64,000 nucleotides of DNA from an uncultured Chloroflexia bacterium. Its GTDB lineage: Bacteria; Chloroflexota; Limnocylindria; Limnocylindrales; CSP1-4. Location of the stretch: assembly GCA_963749705.1 (NCBI GenBank), contig CAVVNQ010000002.1, positions 64,001 to 128,000 of the forward strand, read 5' to 3'. Positions 58,165 through 64,000 of the stretch are shown here, piece after piece. The stretch's first letter is position 1. Every line of letters begins with the position of its first letter. Under the pieces are notes generated by a model. It did no database searches and was not told the DNA's origin. It saw nothing but the letters and a program-made list of their open reading frames with translations. The translations under genes were made by a program, and so were the position numbers.

Positions 58165-58431
58165 GTGCCAAAGCTCGCCTGCCGCGCCTGCGGTCGCCAG
58201 ATCTACACGGTGTCGCCGCTCGATTCGCTGTTCGCCGAGGAGCGACGCTGCCCACGTTGCGGCGCGCACCTCGATACCGAGCGGCGGGAGGCCGATCGGC
58301 GCGAGGTGAACCGCCGCATCGCTTCGCCCGAGGATCCGGGTCCTCCCGTGGGGCTCGGCGAGCGCCGGCAGGCCGAGCGGCGACGCCAGCGCCGGCGTGG
58401 CGGTGACGGTCCGGGGTGGGCGACCGGCTGA
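58165..58431 (+). CDS. Small Zn-ribbon protein with Arg-rich [DE]RR repeats
   Basis: CRAC...CPRC; TACGAT -10 lies 6 nt before the GTG; TGATG overlap with tyrA. Confidence 0.72.
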   Translation: MPKLACRACGRQIYTVSPLDSLFAEERRCPRCGAHLDTERREADRREVNRRIASPEDPGPPVGLGERRQAERRRQRRRGGDGPGWATG

Positions 58432-59294
58432 TGCGCATCGCCTTCCTCGGGCTCGGGCTGATCGGAGGGTCGGTCGCGCGCGCCCTGCGTGAGGCGTCCG
58501 GGACGCCCTGGTTCATCTCGGCGTGGACGCCGAGCGGCGCCGGGCCCCGAGCGGCGCTCGCGGCGGGTGTCGTGGATACGGCCCCGACCGCCGCCGCCGA
58601 GGCGATCGAGGGCGCCGAGCTGGTGGTGCTCGCGGCGCCGCCGATCGCCTGCCTCGACCTCCTCCGCGACCTCGCCGGCCCGCTGCGCCCGGCCCTCGGG
58701 CCAGATACGGTCGTGACCGACGTGGCGAGCACGAAGCAGGCGATCGTGGCCCGCGCCCGCGACCTGGACCTGCGGTTCGTCGGCGGTCATCCGATGGCCG
58801 GGCGCGAGACGGCCGGCTTCGTGGCCTCGGACCCGGCGATGTTCAGGGGACGCCCGTGGGTCGTCGTCCCGGCCGATGACGCTCCCGCCGTCGCCCGTGT
58901 CGAGGCGCTCGCGGTCGCTTGCGGGGCGCGCGCGGTCCGGATGGACGCCGCGGACCACGATACGGCCGTGGCCGGCATCAGCCATCTGCCGCTGGTCCTC
59001 GCGGCGGCGCTCGTCGAGGCCGTGGCGGGAGGGCCCGGACAGGCCCGGCCGGACTGGCCCACCGCGGCCGGGCTCGCGGCATCGGGCTGGGCCGGCATGA
59101 CCCGCCTCGCGCGCGGCGACGTCACGATGGGCACCGAGATCGTGGCGACCAACGCCCCGGCGATCACGGCCCGGCTGCGAGACTACCGGGACCGGCTGGA
59201 CGAGTGGATCGAGTGGCTCGAGACCGAGGGTGGACCCGATGCCGAGAGCATCCGGTTGCACCTCGCCGCGGCGAAGTCGCGGCTCGGCGACTGA
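58431..59294 (+). CDS. tyrA: Prephenate/arogenate dehydrogenase
   Basis: GLGLIGGS, TDVASTK, GGHPMAGRE, HD....ISHLP and TRLA. Confidence 0.93.
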   Translation: MRIAFLGLGLIGGSVARALREASGTPWFISAWTPSGAGPRAALAAGVVDTAPTAAAEAIEGAELVVLAAPPIACLDLLRDLAGPLRPALGPDTVVTDVASTKQAIVARARDLDLRFVGGHPMAGRETAGFVASDPAMFRGRPWVVVPADDAPAVARVEALAVACGARAVRMDAADHDTAVAGISHLPLVLAAALVEAVAGGPGQARPDWPTAAGLAASGWAGMTRLARGDVTMGTEIVATNAPAITARLRDYRDRLDEWIEWLETEGGPDAESIRLHLAAAKSRLGD

Positions 59295-59295
59295 G

Positions 59296-59874
59296 GTGGG
59301 CAATCCCGACGAGCAGGTCCTGGTCGTGCCACGGGCATCGATCATCGAGGGCGCCGGGTGGCTTGGGATCCGCCGCGACGGCGTTGCCGAGGCGCTCGCG
59401 ACGATCGCCCGCGAGGGAACGTTCTCGCGGCGTGCCGACGCTGAGGACGACCCCGCGTACAAGCAGGTGATCCCGTACCTCGTACTCCGCGATGGCGAGC
59501 GCTGGTTCCTCATGCGCCGGACCCGGGCCGGCGGCGACGCCCGCCTCCACGACCTGTGGTCGATCGGGGTCGGTGGCCACCTCAACCCGGGCGATGGGGA
59601 CGTGCCCGGCGGGCTCCGACGCGAATGGTCCGAGGAGCTGGTCGCGGACTTCGAGCCCACGTTCACGCCGGTCGGCCTGCTCAACGACGACACGACCCCG
59701 GTCGGCGCGGTCCACGTGGGGATCGTGTACCTCGCCGATGCCGGAGGCCGCCCGGTCGAGATCCGCGAGACGGAGAAGCTCACCGGCAGCTTCGTGAGCA
59801 CCGAAGCGGTGTCACGCGTGCGCGACGCGATGGAGACCTGGAGCCGGCTCGTGTTCGACGCGCTCACCGGCTGA
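59296..59874 (+). CDS. NUDIX-family phosphoesterase
   Basis: YKQVIPY, SIGVGGH.N, RE.SEEL and NDD...VG.VH.G. Confidence 0.85.
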   Translation: MGNPDEQVLVVPRASIIEGAGWLGIRRDGVAEALATIAREGTFSRRADAEDDPAYKQVIPYLVLRDGERWFLMRRTRAGGDARLHDLWSIGVGGHLNPGDGDVPGGLRREWSEELVADFEPTFTPVGLLNDDTTPVGAVHVGIVYLADAGGRPVEIRETEKLTGSFVSTEAVSRVRDAMETWSRLVFDALTG

Positions 59875-59963
59875 TCCCGCCGGATGGGGCGGAGCGGCAC
59901 GCACGCGACGAGCGGTGCGGCACGCGTCCCGCTGAGCGGGGGTGCGATACTCGAACCGGTCCA

Positions 59964-61352
59964 ATGATCGATCGAACGCACGTCGTCGGTTATCGGCTCT
60001 CGCTGAGCCTGGTCCTGCTGGGCCTGGCGATGGCCGTGGGCGCCAGTCCCGGACGGGCAGCGCAGCCCGAGGTCGTGGTGCTGCCCGCGACCGGGGTGAT
60101 CGACAACGTCCTGGCCGGCTACCTCGCCGACGGGATCCGGACGGCCGAGGACGACGGCGCCGCCGCGGTCGTGATCCAGCTCAACACGCCGGGCGGGAGC
60201 CTCGACGCCACGCAGCAGATCACGGGCGCGCTGCTCGAGGCGCACATCCCCACGATCGTGTGGGTGTCGCCGGCGGGCGGCCGCGCGGCGAGCGCGGGCA
60301 CGTTCATCACGCTCGCCGCGAACCTCTCGTACATGGCGCCCGGGACGAACATCGGCGCCGCCTCGCCGGTGGGCAGCAACGGCGAGGACATCCCCGGCAC
60401 GCTGGGCCAGAAGGTGCGCAACGACGCGATCAAGAACATCACCGCGATCGCCGAGGCGCGTGGACGCCCGGTCGACTGGGCCGTGTCGACCGTGGCCGAC
60501 GCCGCCTCCTACGCGGCCAGCGAGGCAGTCGCCGCGGGTGCCGTCGACGGGATCGCGGACACCATCGACGCCGTGATCGCCGATGCGAACGGGCGCGAGA
60601 TCACGATCGGGGGCAGCACGATGGTGGTCGATCTCGGCGGCGCGACTCCGCGGGAGGCGGCCATGAACCCCCTCCAGGGGTTCCTGCACCTCCTGTCCGA
60701 CCCCAACATCGCGTTCCTGCTGTTCACGATCGGCGTGTACGGGCTGATCTTCGAGGTCATGAACCCCAACTTCGTGACCGGCATCCTGGGCGCGCTGGCG
60801 ATCATCCTGGCGTTCGTCGGGTTCGGCAGCCTGCCGCTCAACGTGGCCGGGCTGCTGCTGCTCGGGCTGGGCGCGGTGCTGTTCGTGCTCGAGGTCCAGA
60901 TCACCAGCCACGGCCTCCTGTCGCTGGGCGGGATCGTCTGCTTCGCGCTTGGCGCGTCGGCGCTGTACACGCAGCCCGGCGGCGATCCGACCGTGCCCCT
61001 GGTCCAGGTTGCGACCCCGGTGATCGTGGTCACGACGGCGACGACGGCGATCATCATGGGCATGATCACCGTGGCCGCGATCCGCAGCCGGACGATGGCC
61101 ATGCCGGCGGGCAGCGTCGGCTCCTCCGTGCCGGCGGGGACGCCGGGGGTCGTCCAGGCACCGCTGGAGCCGCAGGGCACCGTGTACCTGGGCGGCGAGC
61201 CATGGAGCGCTCGGTCGATCGATGACACCTGGCTCCCCCGCGACACTCCCGTTCGCCTGGTCAGGTTCGAGGGCCTGACCGCCATCATCGAGCTCGACCT
61301 CGAGCGTCAATCAACCTCGCCGGCGGCCCGCGCGTCCGCCGACCGGCCCTAG
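59964..61352 (+). CDS. nfeD: Long NfeD: ClpP-like serine protease domain, TMs, OB domain
   Basis: NTPGG, AASAG (Ser), MAPGTNIGAASP, QKVRND (Lys) and GE.W.A. Confidence 0.93.
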   Translation: MIDRTHVVGYRLSLSLVLLGLAMAVGASPGRAAQPEVVVLPATGVIDNVLAGYLADGIRTAEDDGAAAVVIQLNTPGGSLDATQQITGALLEAHIPTIVWVSPAGGRAASAGTFITLAANLSYMAPGTNIGAASPVGSNGEDIPGTLGQKVRNDAIKNITAIAEARGRPVDWAVSTVADAASYAASEAVAAGAVDGIADTIDAVIADANGREITIGGSTMVVDLGGATPREAAMNPLQGFLHLLSDPNIAFLLFTIGVYGLIFEVMNPNFVTGILGALAIILAFVGFGSLPLNVAGLLLLGLGAVLFVLEVQITSHGLLSLGGIVCFALGASALYTQPGGDPTVPLVQVATPVIVVTTATTAIIMGMITVAAIRSRTMAMPAGSVGSSVPAGTPGVVQAPLEPQGTVYLGGEPWSARSIDDTWLPRDTPVRLVRFEGLTAIIELDLERQSTSPAARASADRP

Positions 61353-61367
61353 CACCCGGAGGCATCC

Positions 61368-62288
61368 ATGGACCTGGCCGTCACGCTTTCGATCGTCGCG
61401 TTCGTCGTGGTCGTGGCGCTCGTGCTCCTGTATCTCTCGGTCCGCGTGGTCCAGCAGTACGAGCGGATGGTCGTGTTCCGACTGGGACGCACCAACGAGT
61501 CCAAGGTGCGGGACCCCGGCCTCCGGTGGCTGTGGCCGATCATCGATCGGCCGGTGAAGGTGGACATGCGCGAGCAGTTCATCGAGGTCCCGAGCCAGAC
61601 CACCATCACCAAGGACAACGCCCCGATCAACGTCGACTTCCTGATCTACTGGCGGATCGCCGACGCGCTCAAGAGCGTGGTCAACGTCGCCTACTTTGCG
61701 GGTGCGCTCCAGGGCGTCGCCACGACCACCCTGCGCGCGGTCATCGGCGACATCCTGCTCGACGACGTGCTGTCCAAGCGGGAGCAGATCAACGAGGTCC
61801 TGCGGACCAAGCTCGACGAGGTCACCGAGCGCTGGGGCGGCAAGATCACGACCGTGGAGATCCGCGAGATCACGCCGCCCCGCGACGTCCAGGACGCGAT
61901 GAACCGGCAGCTGTCGGCGGAACGGACGCGCCGCGCCGTGATCACCGAGTCCGAGGGTGCCCGGCAGTCGGCGATCAACGTGGCCGAGGGCCAGAAGCAG
62001 TCGGCGATCCTCCAGGCGGAGGGCGACCGGCAGGCTGCGATCCTGCGTGCCGAGGGTTTCAGCCAGGCGCTCGAGCGGATCTACGCGGCGGCCAAGGGCA
62101 TCGACGAGAGGACGATGTCGCTCCAGTACCTCGAGGCGCTCAAGGCGCTCGGGGCGAGCCCGTCGACCAAGTTCGTGATCCCCACCGAGTTCACGCGCCT
62201 CGCCGACCGCATCGGCGGGTACGTGGCCCAGGGAATGGGCGCGCAGCCGGGCGGCGAGCCGGGTGACGCGGGCTCCGGGGGCCGGTGA
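61368..62288 (+). CDS. SPFH/stomatin-like (QmcA/paraslipin-type) protein
   Basis: YER.VVFRLG, ITKDN, TTLR.VIG, WG and AERTRRA. Confidence 0.93.
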   Translation: MDLAVTLSIVAFVVVVALVLLYLSVRVVQQYERMVVFRLGRTNESKVRDPGLRWLWPIIDRPVKVDMREQFIEVPSQTTITKDNAPINVDFLIYWRIADALKSVVNVAYFAGALQGVATTTLRAVIGDILLDDVLSKREQINEVLRTKLDEVTERWGGKITTVEIREITPPRDVQDAMNRQLSAERTRRAVITESEGARQSAINVAEGQKQSAILQAEGDRQAAILRAEGFSQALERIYAAAKGIDERTMSLQYLEALKALGASPSTKFVIPTEFTRLADRIGGYVAQGMGAQPGGEPGDAGSGGR

Positions 62289-63334
62289 TCCGGCGGCTCC
62301 TGCTGGTCCCGGCGGCGCCGCTCATCGCGGTCGCCGCCGTCGGACCGGTCGTCGACCGCCTTGCCAGGCGGCTCGCGGACGCGCCTCGGCGGCTGCCCGC
62401 GGAAGCCGGGATGACGGCGGCCCTCGACGCCCTCGGAGGCGAGGTCGTCCGCCTCCGGGCACGCGATGGTGTCCGCCTCACCGGACGCTGGCTCGCGGTC
62501 GACGCGGTCACCGACGGCCGGCCGCCGGGCGACCCGCGTCCGAACGGTGAGGGTGCTTCGGCCGACGACGAGCCGCTCGACGCCCGGTGGGTCCCGGACC
62601 CGCGGGAGGCGATCCTGCTGCTCCACGGCTACAGCGGGTCGGTGACGCCCGACCTGCTCGACCTTGCCCCGTTCCTGCGCCGCACCGCGGGGGTGCTGGG
62701 GCTCGACTTCCGGGGCCATGGTGGCTCGGACGATGCCCCCACGACGTTCGGGCTCGACGAGGTCGAGGACGTTGCCGGCGCGCTCGGCTGGCTCGGCGAG
62801 CGGGGGGTGACGCGCGTCGCCCTCGTCGGGTCGTCGATGGGCGGCATCGCCGCCATCGCCGCGGTCGCGATCCTGGGCGATGGGCGGCTCGCCGCCGCCG
62901 ACATCGATCCCGACGCGCCCGCCGCACCCGGGCCGCCGCCGCGACCGCGGATCGTGGCGGTGGTCGGCGACTCGGTCGCGCCCGAGCTGTCGGTCGTGGT
63001 GGCCAGCCGGCTGGCGATCCCGCTCGGACGACTGGTGGCCGATCGGGCGTTTGCGCGCATGGCGCGCCAGGTCGGGGGCGATCCCCGGCGGACGCAGCCG
63101 ATCGCGATGATCGGCCTCCTCGAGGACGTCCCGCTGCTGCTGATCCACGGCGATGCCGACCGGACGGTCCCCATCCGCGACGCCCGGCGGCTGGTCGCCG
63201 CCGCGCCCGCGGGCACCCGGCACGTCGTCATCGCGGGCGCCGACCACACGCAGGGCCACCGCGTCGACGCCGAGGGATACGAAGCTGCCGTGACCGCCCT
63301 GCTGCGCGAGGCGTTCGCGGCCGGTCGCGCCTGA
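62285..63334 (+). CDS. Alpha/beta hydrolase
   Basis: LLHGY, DFRGHGGS, GSSMG nucleophile, HGDAD and GADH. Confidence 0.88.
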   Translation: MIRRLLLVPAAPLIAVAAVGPVVDRLARRLADAPRRLPAEAGMTAALDALGGEVVRLRARDGVRLTGRWLAVDAVTDGRPPGDPRPNGEGASADDEPLDARWVPDPREAILLLHGYSGSVTPDLLDLAPFLRRTAGVLGLDFRGHGGSDDAPTTFGLDEVEDVAGALGWLGERGVTRVALVGSSMGGIAAIAAVAILGDGRLAAADIDPDAPAAPGPPPRPRIVAVVGDSVAPELSVVVASRLAIPLGRLVADRAFARMARQVGGDPRRTQPIAMIGLLEDVPLLLIHGDADRTVPIRDARRLVAAAPAGTRHVVIAGADHTQGHRVDAEGYEAAVTALLREAFAAGRA

Positions 63335-63430
63335 CCGGGTCCCACGCCCGCTCACCCCTATACTGCGCGGAGGCATCTCGGGACGGCCGCTCGCACGGGC
63401 GGCGATGCCGGTGCTATGTCAGGAGAACGG

Positions 63431-64000
63431 ATGGCCGGGAAGGTTCTCGTCGTCGACGACGATGCGAGCGTCCAGCGACTGCTCCAGTACACCCTCAAGC
63501 AGGAGGGGTACGAGGTCGTGATCGGCGCGGACGGAAACGAGGCGCTGCGGCTGTGGGAGACCGAGGTTCCATCGGTCATCCTGCTCGACGTCACGCTCAA
63601 GGGCCTCGATGGCTATGAGGTCGCTGCCCGGATCCGGGCCGGCGAGAAGGGCGGCCACACCCCGATCATCATGCTCACCGCGGATCGCGATGTGCAGCAG
63701 CGCGTCCGGGCCCTCCGCGCGGGCGCCGACGACTACCTGATCAAGCCGTTCCATCCAGCCGAGCTGCTGGCGCGCCTCAAGAGCCTCGTCGCGCGGTTCT
63801 CGCCCACGGACCTGCTGGTCGGCCGCCCCCCGCTGGGCCGGGTCCATGCCTACTACGGCGCCAAGGGCGGGGTCGGCACGACGACGATCGCGATCAACGC
63901 CGCGATCGCGCTCCAGAGCCTCGGCCGGCGCGTGTGCCTCGTGGACGGCAACCTGCAGTTCGGCGACCATCGCGTGTTCCTCGACCTCGGGCTCGACCGC
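63431..64000 (+). CDS. Receiver domain fused to CpaE-like ATPase (runs off the window end; not in the ORF track)
   Basis: Manual translation: MAGKVLVVDDD..LLDV..MLTA..YLIKPF..YGAKGGVGTTT..DGNLQFGD; AGGAG SD. Confidence 0.88.
   Translation, partial: MAGKVLVVDDDASVQRLLQYTLKQEGYEVVIGADGNEALRLWETEVPSVILLDVTLKGLDGYEVAARIRAGEKGGHTPIIMLTADRDVQQRVRALRAGADDYLIKPFHPAELLARLKSLVARFSPTDLLVGRPPLGRVHAYYGAKGGVGTTTIAINAAIALQSLGRRVCLVDGNLQFGDHRVFLDLGLDR

Overview
Very GC-rich, gene-dense bacterial chromosomal segment with about 55 CDS and one tRNA-Met(CAT). Gene content (archaeal/eukaryote-type ProRS, TrpB2, MrfAB, DUF4446, receiver-CpaE proteins) suggests a Chloroflexota, possibly Limnocylindria-like, genome; this is inference only. 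Most of it is housekeeping or accessory metabolism: DUF58-transglutaminase, a serine biosynthesis operon, VapBC, MurJ, MurI, RarA, a UvrD-nuclease fusion with an orphan DNA methyltransferase, YchF, ProS, MrfAB, an FtsB-like protein, two NfeD-SPFH pairs, FtsH, Ppa, ThpR, TrpB2 and TyrA. I found no transposase, integrase, phage gene or CRISPR array. The best candidates for undescribed biology are: (1) a stalked Ig-like surface protein translationally coupled to a membrane GAF-GGDEF-EAL enzyme, a possible contact-sensing c-di-GMP module; (2) a Pro-codon uORF plus SD-sequestering hairpin in the proS leader, a possible proline attenuator in place of a T-box; (3) a switch-like leader before a ureohydrolase; (4) a stand-alone DnaB C-terminal ATPase; (5) a Zn-ribbon protein with [DE]RR repeats; (6) a small basic protein with an AT-hook-like tail; (7) many apparently leaderless genes. 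All calls come from reading motifs by eye; no database searches or folding computations were run.
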